Origin: an uncultured Actinomycetes bacterium
GTDB taxonomy: Bacteria > Actinomycetota > Thermoleophilia > Gaiellales > Gaiellaceae
Length of the DNA: 64,000 nucleotides
Assembly (NCBI GenBank): GCA_963733155.1
Contig: CAVTCK010000017.1
Span: 9,590-73,589 of the forward strand
Reading direction: 5' to 3'
Both the position numbers and the translations under genes were made by a program. Each line of letters opens with the position of its first letter. The stretch's first letter is position 1. The notes under the pieces are model-generated. The model saw nothing but the letters and a program-made list of their open reading frames with translations, searched no databases and was not told where the DNA came from. Positions 1 to 9,431 of this stretch are shown here, piece after piece.

Positions 1-1286
1 TTCGGCGTCGCGACGATCATGGTCGTCGCGATCGCGATGCTCGGCTCGCTGACCGTGCTCCCCGCACTGCTGTCGAGGCTCGGCGACAAGGTCGACCGGG
101 CTCGCGTTCCGCTCGTCGGCCGCCTGCGCCGCGAGGACGGCGAGGGTCGGATCTGGGGCGCGATCGTCGACCGCGTCCTGCGCCGGCCCGTGCTGTCGGC
201 GGTCCTCGCCGGCGGGTTGCTGGTCGGCGCTCGCGATTCCCGCGCTCCAGCTTCGCATGGTGCAAGCCGGGCCCGGACACGTTCCCGGAGTCCCTGCCCG
301 TCGTCCAGACGTACAACCGCATGCAGCAGGCGTTCCCCGGAACGGCTCTACCGGCCAACGTGGTCGTCAAGGCTCCGGACGTGAACGCGCCGACCATGCA
401 GGCGGCGATCGAGCAGCTCGAGCAGCGGGCGCTCGCGAGCGGCCGGATGCACGAGCCGATCACGGTCGACGTCAACGATGACGGGACGGTCGCGAACATC
501 ACGGTGCCCATCGACGGGAAGGGGACCGACGCGGTCTCGAACGCTTCGCTGGCTCTTCTCCGCGACGAGATCGTGCCCGACGACGGTGGGTGCGCTTCCG
601 GACACCGAGGCAGGCGTCACGGGCCTCACCGCCCAGTGGAAGGACGGCTACCGACGAGATCAAGTCGAAGCTGCCGCTCGTCGTCGGGTTCGTGCTCGTG
701 TTCGCCTTCACGCTCATGCTGGTTGCCTTCCGGTCGCCTGTGATCGCGGCCAAGGCGATCGTGCTCAACCTGCTCTCCGTGGCGCGCCGCCTACGGGGTG
801 CTCGTGCTCGTCTTCCAGCACGGCCTCGGCAAGAGCCTCCTCGGCTTCAACTCCACAGCGGGGATGGACCCGGTGGTCCCGCTGCTCCTGTTCGTGATCC
901 TGTTCGGGCTCTCGATGGACTACCACGTGTTCCTCCTGAGCCGCATTCGGGAGTTGGTTCAGCGTGGGGCGTCCACCGACGAGGCGGTCGCGCACGGAAT
1001 CAAGTCGACGGCCGGTGTCGTCACGAGCGCCGCGATCGTCATGGTCGCCGTCTTCGCGGTCTTCACGACGCTCTCGATGCTGATGTTCAAGCAGTTCGGC
1101 GTCGGCCTCGCGACCGCGATCCTGATCGACGCGACGATCGTCCGCGGGGTGCTCCTGCCCGCATCGATGAAGCTGCTCGGAGACTGGAACTGGTATTTGC
1201 CCAGCTGGCTCCAGTGGTTGCCTCGCTTCGACCTCTCCGAATCCGAGGCCTCGCCCGAGACGAAGCCGACCCCCGTCTCCGCCTAG
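1..1286 (+). pseudogene. MMPL/RND-type membrane transporter, C-terminal part (5' end lies outside the window), multiply frameshifted
   Basis: MMPL-like segments lie in different frames (ORFs 19-384, 257-481, 321-743, 478-897, 590-, 798-1286): LGSLTVLPALLSRLGDKVD; PDTFPESLPVVQTYNRMQQAFPG; EIKSKLPLVVGFVLVFAFTLMLVAFRS; LLFVILFGLSMDYHVFLLSRIRE. At least 5 frame changes. Confidence 0.8.
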
Positions 1287-1299
1287 ACCGAATGGTCAA

Positions 1300-1323
1300 C
1301 CCCCGGGCCTTGCGGCCCGGGGG
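1300..1323 (+). terminator. GC-rich stem-loop after the MMPL-like gene (possible intrinsic terminator, no clear U-tract)
   Basis: cccccgggcc-ttgc-ggcccggggg, a perfect 10-bp stem starting 14 nt after the TAG at 1284-1286. Confidence 0.4.
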
Positions 1324-1492
1324 TGACCGCGCAGGCTCTCTCGGTGGGGCTTGCCGATTCGGGATCGGTGTTTACTTGGCTGGGTTGACCGCGACTGGGG
1401 AGCCCGCCGACGGCGGCCTTCAAGGTCTCTTGACTGTGCGCATGCTTCCCTTCCGTCGTCCCCGTCAACCATTCAACGGAGGGCTGCGCCCA

Positions 1493-1888
1493 ATGACACT
1501 CAAGCTCATCAATCCCGACGAGCTGCCTACGCCGGAGTCTTATACGCAGGTCGTTGCCGCGAGCGGCACCCGGCTTGTGTTCGTTGCGGGACAGGTTGCC
1601 GACGACGCTCGGGGCAACCTTGTAAGCCCCGGCGACCTGGCTGGCCAAGCTCGCCACGCATTCGCCAACCTCGGCCGCTGCCTCGCCGCCGCTGGAGCGG
1701 TGCCGGAGCAAGTGACCAAGATCGTGATCTATGTCGTTCACCACCGGCCTGAGTATCTGCCTGCTATTTCGGAGGCCCGGATTGCGGTATTCGGTGATCA
1801 CAAGCCCGCCGACACCCTGTTGGGAGTGGAGGCGTTGGCCGAGCCCGGGTATTTGATCGAGATCGACGCAATCGCAGTTGTTGACTGA
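1493..1888 (+). CDS. RidA/YjgF-family reactive-intermediate deaminase
   Basis: 131-aa ORF from ATG 1493 (the tail of track ORF 590-1888). YjgF-like sequence: YTQVVAASGTRLVFVAGQVA ... EALAEPGYLIEIDAIAVV. Confidence 0.85.
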   Translation: MTLKLINPDELPTPESYTQVVAASGTRLVFVAGQVADDARGNLVSPGDLAGQARHAFANLGRCLAAAGAVPEQVTKIVIYVVHHRPEYLPAISEARIAVFGDHKPADTLLGVEALAEPGYLIEIDAIAVVD

Positions 1889-2096
1889 GCGGGCGAGAAG
1901 GAGCCCCAGGCGCTTCGCAAGGCAAATCCTCGCTGTCTCACGGATGCTCGCGCGCTACGTCGCGGCGACCGCGTCTTAGTCGACCGCTAGTAATCCGGCT
2001 CGGGGACGAGGATGACGACCTTCCGCTCGCCGTCGAACCCCAGGCCCACCGCGACGCACGGACTCTCGGTGAATCCGCTCCCCATGACCTCGATGC

Positions 2097-2672
2097 TCAG
2101 TCCTCGTACCCGCGGGCAGCGAGCTCGTGGCGAACGAGCGCGCGGGCCTTCTGCTCCCGTAGGCATTTCGGATCACGCACCGTACTTCCGTATGACGCAC
2201 CGAGCTTCGCGGCGATCGCGTCGCGAAGACCGGAAAAGCGCTCCGCTTCCGCTGCGTACGTCGGGGGGAGGTCGGCAAGGCCGAGTTGTTCGCAGGTGTA
2301 TTTGCCCGAGCTCGGGAACACGCCGAGCGCGCCCGTCGAGCACGCAGGCGGCCAGACTCTGGGTGCAGGCCCAGGTCCCATGTCTCCCTGGCGCCACAGC
2401 TCGGCGCAGATCGCCGTCGGATCCCTTCCGTCGGCGTTCACGATCGCGATGTTCCCGTCGAGGTCAGCTGTCTCGAAGCAGCCAACGCTTTCGAGATGGG
2501 TGGGCTCCCGGGTGAGCGCGTAGGTGGTGAAGCCGGTGACGGCCAGGACGGCGATGACCGCCGGACAAGCACGAGAGCCAGGCGAGCCTTCGCCGCGAGC
2601 CTCTGATCCCACATGATCAATTCCCTCACGAGATGCCCTTTCGAAGCTGGAGCGGTCCGGGAGGGAGGTCAC
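2097..2672 (-). CDS. Single-pass membrane protein, putative anti-sigma factor partner of the upstream ECF sigma factor
   Basis: 191-aa ORF starting 35 nt downstream of the sigma gene on the same strand. One hydrophobic helix (ACPAVIAVLAVTGFTTYAL) followed by a Cys-containing extracytoplasmic part. The function is inferred from position only. Confidence 0.45.
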   Translation of the reverse strand: MTSLPDRSSFERASREGIDHVGSEARGEGSPGSRACPAVIAVLAVTGFTTYALTREPTHLESVGCFETADLDGNIAIVNADGRDPTAICAELWRQGDMGPGPAPRVWPPACSTGALGVFPSSGKYTCEQLGLADLPPTYAAEAERFSGLRDAIAAKLGASYGSTVRDPKCLREQKARALVRHELAARGYED

Positions 2673-2706
2673 GCTGGGCCGGGATGCGAGTGTCGTCGTG
2701 CATCCT

Positions 2707-3273
2707 TCACGCCTCCTTCGCCGGGACGGCAGGTTCGCAGTCCGGTTCGTGTCCGTGGCCCGAGTTGAGTTCCCGGATTTGCGCCCGGGCCCTCGAAAGT
2801 CGCGAGCGCACCGTGCCTACCGGAACACCGAGCGCAACGGCGGCTTCCTCATAGCTGAGCTCGGCCCAGGCGCAGAGCGCAAGCACGTCCTGCTCTCGCC
2901 TGGGCAGCCTCGCGATCGCTCGTAGCACAGTTCGCATCTGACGCTCGTCGTCGAGCCGGCTGTTCGCTTCATCGGCAAAGTCGTGGGCGTGGTTGCGCGG
3001 CAGCCGCTCGAGCGCAGCGCGGTGCCGCCGCTGCGAGCGACGTCTGTTGCGGAGAACGTTCGTCGCCACCCCGAGCAGCCACGGCAGGACGAGCTCCCGC
3101 TCGAGGCGCACGTCCGTGCGGCGCCGCCAGGCCTCGAGGAAGACGACCGAGGTCAGGTCTTCCGCGAGCGCCCAGTCCGCCGTGCGCCGGAAGAGATAGT
3201 TGTAGATGGCCTGAGCGTGCCGTTCGAAGAGAACACCGAATGCGTCGGGCTCACCTCCACCGCACGCCTCCAC
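2707..3273 (-). CDS. ECF-type RNA polymerase sigma-70 family factor
   Basis: Region 2 (FERHAQAIYNYLFRRT...DLTSVVFLEAWRR) and region 4 (REQDVLALCAWAELSYEEAAVALGVPVGTVRSRLSRAR) are both recognisable. Confidence 0.85.
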   Translation of the reverse strand: MEACGGGEPDAFGVLFERHAQAIYNYLFRRTADWALAEDLTSVVFLEAWRRRTDVRLERELVLPWLLGVATNVLRNRRRSQRRHRAALERLPRNHAHDFADEANSRLDDERQMRTVLRAIARLPRREQDVLALCAWAELSYEEAAVALGVPVGTVRSRLSRARAQIRELNSGHGHEPDCEPAVPAKEA

Positions 3274-3305
3274 AGGTCACCATCGGTCGCCTGCCCCATC
3301 GACCG

Positions 3306-3334
3306 ATTATGTCCGCGAGCCGGAAAGAGTTCCC
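3306..3334 (-). promoter_or_regulatory. Candidate promoter of the ECF sigma gene
   Basis: On the minus strand: GGGAAC (3334-3329), a 17-nt spacer, then CATAAT (3311-3306), about 30 nt upstream of the start at 3273. Confidence 0.3.
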
Positions 3335-3349
3335 GCGTATCTTGAGAGA

Positions 3350-3395
3350 CGGGAGCGACGGGACCCGAACCCACGACCTCCGGCGTGACAGGCCG
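3350..3395 (-). repeat. Remnant copy of the 3' 46 nt of tRNA-Asp (att-like scar)
   Basis: cgggagcgacgggacccgaacccacgacctccggcgtgacaggccg matches the anticodon-loop-to-3'-end part of the intact tRNA-Asp at 6829-6902 with 2 mismatches. No D-arm or acceptor 5' half lies upstream. Confidence 0.7.
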
Positions 3396-3537
3396 CGCCC
3401 AGCGCCGCGCTCCGACGGGCGGCGATAAGGGTGGATAGGCCGGAACCCTTACGGCTACAGGGTTGCGGCCCCTTGTCCGACGCAAGCAAGCGGTTCCCGC
3501 TCCGCGTCTCGGGATGCGCCGTTCGGCACACGGTGCT

Positions 3538-4179
3538 TCAGTCAGCGGTGGCGGTTGCATACTGCGGGCGCCCGGTGGGCCGATAGACCTGGATCGTTAC
3601 ACCCTTCGAGTCGGCTCGCGAGTCGACCAGGTCAAGCGCAATGTCCGGGCCGGCGTCGGGGAACAGCCGCGTGCCCTGGCCGAGGACCACGGGGACGATG
3701 AGCAGGTTGATCTCGTCGACGAGGTCGTTTTCGAGCAGCCATCGGATCAGTGCACCGCTGCCGTGCACCTGCAGCTCACCCGCCGGCTTGGCTTTCAGCT
3801 CGCCGATGGCAGCCGCGAGGTCACCGGAGAGGAGGGTGGTGTTCGCCCAGCGCGGTTCGGTGAGCGTGGTCGATGCGAGGTACTTGGGCTTCGTGTTCAA
3901 GGCATCTGCGATCGGGTGGTTGCCCGGATCTTCCGCCGCGGCGCGAGCCCGCTCCTCTGCGCCCCAGTAGCCGGCGAAGAGCTCGTAGGTCCGCCGGCCG
4001 AACAGGAACGCGTCGGCGCGCTGGTAGGTCTGGTTGATGAACGTCATGGTCTCGTTGTCGGCCACCCCCATGGCCCATCCGCCGCGCTCGAATCCGTTCC
4101 TGCGGTCCTCATCCGACGCGCCGCCGTTTCCCTGCATCACTCCATCGACGGTGACTTGCGTCATGGTGGTCAGTTTCAT
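3538..4179 (-). CDS. Dihydrofolate reductase family protein (RibD C-terminal domain type)
   Basis: MKLTTMTQVTVDGVMQG...FLFGRRTYELFAGYWG...ELQVHGSGALIRWLLENDLVDEINLLIVPVVLGQGTRLF. Start taken at the internal ATG 4179 of track ORF 3538-4224. Confidence 0.8.
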   Translation of the reverse strand: MKLTTMTQVTVDGVMQGNGGASDEDRRNGFERGGWAMGVADNETMTFINQTYQRADAFLFGRRTYELFAGYWGAEERARAAAEDPGNHPIADALNTKPKYLASTTLTEPRWANTTLLSGDLAAAIGELKAKPAGELQVHGSGALIRWLLENDLVDEINLLIVPVVLGQGTRLFPDAGPDIALDLVDSRADSKGVTIQVYRPTGRPQYATATAD

Positions 4180-4355
4180 GGGTCGTCCCTTCTCTCGTGG
4201 TGGTCTTCCTCGTTGTGACCGCACCGAGGCGCGGGCCTCATCGGTCGAGCGTGGCTCCGTGCTGCAAGTTCCCTCTGCCTCCTTCCCGATGGCCGCCGCC
4301 GCCGTCGCTCCGGCTTTCGCAACCGCACCGAGGAGCGCGCTGGCACGCCGAGAAC

Positions 4356-4784
4356 ATGCTCCCGGTCGTGAACGGCCGCAGACCCGCGGCCGCCTCTGAG
4401 CTCACGTTGCGCGAGCTCGTCGAGCTCTACGTCACCCGGCACGAGGCGATCCGCTCGCCGCGCACGATTGCGACCTTACGCGAGTGACTCAAGCGACCGC
4501 TCGACGCCTACGGCGAGACTCGCCTCGCCGAGCTCGAGACGATGGCGCTGGAGCTCGGCGCCTGGCGCGTGATGCGGCCGCCCCGCTACGCGCACAAGGT
4601 GATGGGCGTGCTCCGCCAGGTGCCGGCCGCCGCCCTCCGCTGGCGCCTGATGAGTACGAACCCTTCCGCCGGCGAGGGCGAGAACCCGGAGCCGCCGCCA
4701 CGGCCGGTGCGCGTCTACAGATTCGCCGAGCTCGACGCGCTCGAGGAGCAGGCCGAGGAGGGTCAATGGAGGGTAGGTCGGTAG
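4356..4784 (+). pseudogene. Tyrosine-recombinase (phage integrase) N-terminal remnant with an in-frame TGA; the catalytic domain is missing
   Basis: ELTLRELVELYVTRHEAIRSPRTIATLRE-TGA(4485-4487)-LKRPLDAYGETRLAEL...ALRWRLMSTNPSAGEGENPEPPPRPVRVYRFAELDALEEQA. The stop is in the same frame on both sides (CGA to TGA is plausible). The ORF ends where the opposite-strand gene 4763-5338 begins. Confidence 0.6.
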
Positions 4785-5338
4785 ATGAGCTCTTGGATGT
4801 GACCGTCGAGCGTCCGGTGCTCGAGCAGCTCCAGGTCGAAGTCGGCCGCACCCTGGAAGATCGGGTCCAGCCCGGTCTGACCGGTGATGACAGGAAAGAG
4901 CGTCACTTGCACGCAGTCGACGAGGCCGGCGGCCATCAGCGCCCGGTTCAACGACAGGCTGCCGTGCGAGCGCAGCGGCACCTCGGACTCCTCCTTGAGC
5001 CGGGGAACGACGTCGACGGCGTCACCGCTCACGACGGTCGCGTTCGGCCAGTCGAGGGGTTCCTCCAGCGTCGTCGACACCACGGTTGCCGGCATGCTCC
5101 TCATCCGGGTGACCCATGGGTCACGCACTTCGGACTCCTCGGTGCTCGAGGCCAGCATCCGCGCGAATGCCCGATACGTGTTGGCCCCGAAGACCATCCG
5201 CTGCTCCGGGCCGTACAAGGCAAGGCGGTGGTCAAGCAACTCGGGGCCTTGCTTACCCCAGTAGCCGGCCCAGTTTGCGCTGACAGAGCCGTAGCCGTCG
5301 AGGCTGGAAAAGACGTCGAAGGTGTAGGTAGCGGTCAT
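4763..5338 (-). CDS. Dihydrofolate reductase family protein (RibD C-terminal domain type), a paralogue of 3538-4179
   Basis: TFDVFSSLDGYG...MVFGANTYRAFARML...PLRSHGSLSLNRALMAAGLVDCVQVTLFPVITGQTGLDPIF. Confidence 0.8.
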   Translation of the reverse strand: MTATYTFDVFSSLDGYGSVSANWAGYWGKQGPELLDHRLALYGPEQRMVFGANTYRAFARMLASSTEESEVRDPWVTRMRSMPATVVSTTLEEPLDWPNATVVSGDAVDVVPRLKEESEVPLRSHGSLSLNRALMAAGLVDCVQVTLFPVITGQTGLDPIFQGAADFDLELLEHRTLDGHIQELIYRPTLH

Positions 5339-5678
5339 GTCGTTCTCCTCGAGAGCGGTTGATCGATGTGGGTTACAGACTGGGGACCACTGCGAAACTC
5401 ATCGCCGTCGGACTGGCCAAAGCGTTGTGCAGGCACTTCCACTTCGTCACGCCACAGGCATCGTGTCTTTGGCCGTGGGCCGCCGGATGAGGGCTAGACG
5501 GCCGTTTTGACCCCGAGGGGTTGAGGGCCTCGCTCGCCACAGCGACCAGGCCTTAGGCCAGACTTCTTTCCGCGAAGAGCCGACGCCGGTGTTTAGGCCA
5601 CTATTGGGCCACGGGCTCGACAGCCGGCGCGGCTCCTAGCCGGCTCGGATTCCCGCCGCTTGCAGGGGAAACCGAGAA

Positions 5679-5721
5679 CGGGAGGAGGGACTCGAACCCG
5701 CGACCTCCGGGTGACAGGCCG
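5679..5721 (-). repeat. Second decayed copy of the tRNA-Asp 3' half (att-like scar)
   Basis: cgggaggagggactcgaacccgcgacctccgg-gtgacaggccg aligns to the tRNA-Asp 3' half with small indels. Same orientation as the intact gene. Confidence 0.65.
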
Positions 5722-5970
5722 TGCGGCCGAAACGAGGGAGACGAGGGGGCGGAACCGTTGTGGACAAAGTTTGAGGGCAAGTGGGGGGCTAGTGGGGCTA
5801 CGGAAGAGCTGAGGGCAAGTTTGGGCCCGACGTTTTAGCCGCGTCGGGCGCAAAGCTGGCGTGAGCGCCTCTCACCCGATTGATCTGAACGGCCCCGTTT
5901 CACCGTTTCCAATCGGGGAGCAGCTACGGGCGCCGCTCCGCTAGACTGCGATCCGCATTAGGCTCTGCGA

Positions 5971-6644
5971 GTGGCATCGGAGAACGTGCGCGAGGCGGTC
6001 GATGCTGGAGATGTCGATGGACTGCGTGAGCTGGTGCACAGCGAGACCATCGCTCGCTGCGACGTTGCTTGTCACCGCTCCTGAGATTGAACCGACATCG
6101 CCGCTGACCTACGTCGGAATGGTCCGCTTCTACGGCTATGCGACCCACAAGCGGACGGGGGAACTTGCTGGAGTGCTCCTCGATGCTGGGGCTGACAAGG
6201 ATGACGAGACGAAAGAACGGAAGCCCTCTGACTGCGCGGCCAGCCGCGGGGATACCGACGTCGTGCGCGTATGCCGATGCTGGCGCCCGCGACGACTCGC
6301 CGACAATCCGCCCGACGCAGCGCTTCGGCTTGCCGCCGCCTACGGGTGGCCCGAGATCGTAGACCTACTGATCGCCGCTGGCGCCGAGCCTCAGTCGATC
6401 ATCGAAGGGAGCAGGGGCCGGAGACATGTGCGCGTGGGATCTCGAAGACGCTGTCGGACTTCCAGCGAGCGTGTGCACTGCGCGCAGCGGCGGTCAACGA
6501 GCGTCTCAATGTCGTCGACCAGTTGCTCGCCGCCGGTACGCCGTTGACGCCGAAGTCGACGGCCATCCAGCCATCTTCTGGGCGGAGAAGCAGGGCCGGT
6601 CGAGGGCCGTCGCCCACCTCATCGATAGAGGCGAGGAGACCTGA
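5971..6644 (+). pseudogene. Ankyrin-repeat protein, frameshifted
   Basis: Ankyrin-like blocks (LAGVLLDAGADKDDE; LRLAAAYGWPEIVDLLIAAGAEP; ALRAAAVNERLNVVDQLLAAGTPL; HPAIFWAEKQGRSRAVAHLIDRGE) are spread over three frames (ORFs 6002-, 6271-, 6426-6644). Confidence 0.6.
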
Positions 6645-6828
6645 CGCGAGCGGTTGAAGCTAGGCGATCACCGCGAGACGAAGCCCTGCGTCACGCTTGA
6701 GCAGATTGCAGCGCCGAGTAGCGTTGGACAGGCGGGCCAGAGCTGAGGAACGTTCAGGGCACTGAGCTGCAACCGCAGAGTGCCCGGACGTCTGTGCCAC
6801 GTCGGGCGCAAGCCGCTTGAGCAAAGGA

Positions 6829-6902
<74 letters not shown>

Positions 6903-7006
6903 GGGCGCCGGACAATCTTAGCCGCGGACGGGCGTCCCCGGGCGTGCCCAAGCGGAGCGAGGCGCCGCCGGTCACGGCGACGCCCCGCTCCAGGGCGGGC
7001 TCGGTC

Positions 7007-7783
7007 TCAGGCGACCGGTTCCGTGAGATCCGAGTAGAGGAGCGAGCCGTGCGTTGTCAGCCTCTCCCCCGTCTCCAGCAGCGTCTTCAGGCCGGAGAGG
7101 ATCTGCGGCCAGCCGCCGTAGATCTCGTCGTGGGCGCCCTCGCGCAGCTGATCGTGCGTGACGATCAACCTGCATGAATCGCCGACGGGCTCGATCTCCC
7201 AGGTAACCCTGGAGGTGCCCTCGGCCTTCACGTCGTCGCTCCACAGGGCGTTGAAGCTCTGCACGAGCCGGTGCGGCGGATCGACTTCCAGGTTCTCGCC
7301 CTCGGCGATTGCGACACCGGCTGCCGCGTGGGCCGCTTCATAACGCGAGCCGTTCGTCCAGTCCGAGGTGACGCCGATGCCGAACGAGTACTGCGACCTC
7401 AGCTCGGGGTCGGTGATCGCCTCCCACAGCCGCTCGGGCGTGGTCTTGATGTAGATCTCGAATACCTTCTCCATCACTTCCTCCTCAAGTCTTTTCTTGA
7501 GCCCGGTGAGGGACGCGGCCCAGGGCTCGGCGTATTTGCTCACCCACCGGTCGTGGACGAGCCGGATCGGGACGGGGTTCAGGAAATGCAGCTTCTCGCG
7601 ACCGCGTCGCTTCGTGGTCAGGAGACCGGCGTCCTCGAGCACACGCAGGTGCTTCATGACGCCGATCCGCGTCATCGGCAGGCGCCGCTCGAGTGCGCTC
7701 AGCGTCTGCCCGTCGTCCGCGTACAGCTCGTCGAGGAGGCTCCGGCGAGTCGGGTCGGCGAGAGCCTTGAACACCGCGTCCAT
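7007..7783 (-). CDS. ArsR-family HTH regulator fused to an SRPBCC (AHSA1-like) domain
   Basis: N-terminus: FKALADPTRRSLLDELYADDGQTLSALERRLPMTRIGVMKHLRVLEDAGLL. C-terminus: FEIYIKTTPERLWEAITDPELRSQY...VTWEIEPVGDSCRLIVTHD. Confidence 0.85.
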   Translation of the reverse strand: MDAVFKALADPTRRSLLDELYADDGQTLSALERRLPMTRIGVMKHLRVLEDAGLLTTKRRGREKLHFLNPVPIRLVHDRWVSKYAEPWAASLTGLKKRLEEEVMEKVFEIYIKTTPERLWEAITDPELRSQYSFGIGVTSDWTNGSRYEAAHAAAGVAIAEGENLEVDPPHRLVQSFNALWSDDVKAEGTSRVTWEIEPVGDSCRLIVTHDQLREGAHDEIYGGWPQILSGLKTLLETGERLTTHGSLLYSDLTEPVA

Positions 7784-7794
7784 GCGAGTAGGTT

Positions 7795-7814
7795 ATGTAA
7801 CCTAATGGTTACAT
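7795..7814. promoter_or_regulatory. Perfect 8-4-8 palindrome in the divergent ArsR/methyltransferase intergenic region (candidate operator)
   Basis: ATGTAACC-TAAT-GGTTACAT, located 12 nt upstream of the ArsR start codon. Confidence 0.5.
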
Positions 7815-7843
7815 GTCAAATCGTGCGCAAACTTTCGTGGCCG

Positions 7844-8845
7844 ATGACAACGAGCCCGCCGCTCTACGGCACCGAGCAGTCGCGGTTCGCGCGATTCCTG
7901 GAGCACCGGGAGCAGCGCAGCCCTGACCCCGTGGCGCGCGAGCTTCGTCGCCGGCTGCTCGCGGGCCTGCGCGGTCGCGTGCTCGAGATCGGATGCGGTG
8001 ACGGGCGGGCCTTCGAGCTTTACCCGCCGGCCGTGACGAGCCTCCTCGCCGTCGAGCCGGACCCGACGGCTCGCGCGGCTGCGGCCTCCCGCGCGGGTGA
8101 GGCGCCGATTCCGATCGACGTGGTCGACGGTGTCGCCTCGGCGCTGCCGGCCGATGACGAAAGCTACGACGCGGCCGTCCTCATCTGGGTCCTCTGCAGC
8201 GTCCCCGACCCGTCCATGGCGTTGCTCGAGATCCGCCGAGTGCTCGTGCCCGGGGGAGAGCTTCGCTTCTACGAGCACGTCCGCTCTCGGCTGCGCTGGT
8301 CGGCACACGACTACATGCCCGCGGACGGCCTGCCCTATATCGGTCGAATGCGGCGCCGCGACGACCGGGTCTACGTGGCGACCGGCTTTGCGAAGTGGGG
8401 GCTGACGAAGGGGATGATCGCCGCCCGGATCATCACAGACGCCATCGTCGGAAGGCCGAATCCGTGGACCGACCTGTACGATCCCGGCCGCGTCACCCCC
8501 CGCGCCTCTGCGAAGGCGCTCGTGGTGGAAAACGCCCGGGTCGCGCGCCATTTCCTCGGCGATCGCCTCCGTCCACGCGCGGGAGGCGAGGTTCACCGCC
8601 TGGCGCCCGGCGAAGGCGCGGTCCTGCGGGTCGGCGGCCGTCATTTCGCGGTTTACCGAGACGACACTGGCACGCAGCACGTCCTCTCCGCGCGCTGTCC
8701 GCACCTCGGCTGCCTCGTCGAATGGAGCGAGGGCGACGAAACGTGGGAATGCCCGTGACACGGGTCACGCTTTACCGCTGAGGGCGCCGTCGTCCAGGGG
8801 CCCGCCACCGGCGATCTGGAGCGTCGCGACCTGCCACAGCGCTAG
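7844..8845 (+). pseudogene. Chimeric ORF: class I SAM-methyltransferase (3'-truncated) fused to the C-terminal part of an FAD-oxidoreductase/Rieske 2Fe-2S protein, with TGA at a Rieske Cys position
   Basis: The methyltransferase part (VLEIGCGDGRAF...VLVPGGELRFYEHVRS) switches at about 8295 to DGLPYIGR...VYVATGFAKWGLTKG...CPHLGCLVEW...WECP-TGA(8756-8758)-HGSRFTAEGAVVQGPATGDLE, ending at TAG 8843-8845 in the same frame. Confidence 0.65.
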
Positions 8846-8933
8846 CGACCAGGCGTCGGGTCTCGGCTCGGGTTGCGCGGGCTCGCAGCGGCGCCGACGT
8901 TTCCGCCATGCAGGACGCGGATACGGATCCTGC

Positions 8934-9422
8934 ATGACCGACCCACTACGCATCTACTTGCAAGACCACCTCGCGGGGGCGATGTTCGGCGTCGAGCTCG
9001 TCGAACGCTGCCGGCGAAACAACGAAGGCACACAGTTCAGTGAGCCGCTCGAAGAGCTCGCCGCGGACATTCGCTCCGACCGCGAGACGCTGATCGACCT
9101 AGCGCGCGACCTGGGAGCCGAGCCTTCGCGTCTGAAGTCGTCCGTCGCCTGGACGTTCGAGAAGGTGCAACGCCTCAAGCCGAACGGGCGCCTCGTGGGC
9201 TATACGCCACTTGCTCGAGTCGAAGAGCTCGAGAGCCTCACGATCGGCATCACCGGCAAGAGAGCCATGTGGCGCCTGCTGGAAGAAGTCTTCGAAAGAC
9301 GCCCGCTCGGCGGTCACGACTTCGCCGCGCTGGCCGAAGAGGCGGAAAATCAGATCGCGCGGGTAGAGGCGCTTCGGCTCAAGGCTGCAGAGGTGGCGGT
9401 CGGCACCCGGGTCCCCGCCTAG
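8934..9422 (+). CDS. Hypothetical protein (helical, no family recognised)
   Basis: Intact 162-aa ORF with ordinary, non-Arg/Pro-biased composition. The antisense frames look like shadow ORFs. Confidence 0.55.
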   Translation: MTDPLRIYLQDHLAGAMFGVELVERCRRNNEGTQFSEPLEELAADIRSDRETLIDLARDLGAEPSRLKSSVAWTFEKVQRLKPNGRLVGYTPLARVEELESLTIGITGKRAMWRLLEEVFERRPLGGHDFAALAEEAENQIARVEALRLKAAEVAVGTRVPA

Positions 9423-9431
9423 AGCCACCGA

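Noticed and set aside
590-1888. A 432-aa ORF that looks like one large protein.
   Set aside because: It is a read-through of an MMPL fragment, an intergenic stretch (including the hairpin at 1300-1323) and the RidA gene. Only the last 131 codons, from ATG 1493, form a coherent protein.
8756-8758. The TGA at a Rieske cysteine position might encode selenocysteine.
   Set aside because: The gene is a truncated deletion chimera in a region with other decay. The only nearby structure is a short palindrome (cccgtg-a-cacggg / gtgac-acgg-gtcac) that includes the TGA itself, not a SECIS-like stem-loop downstream. A nonsense mutation is the simpler reading.
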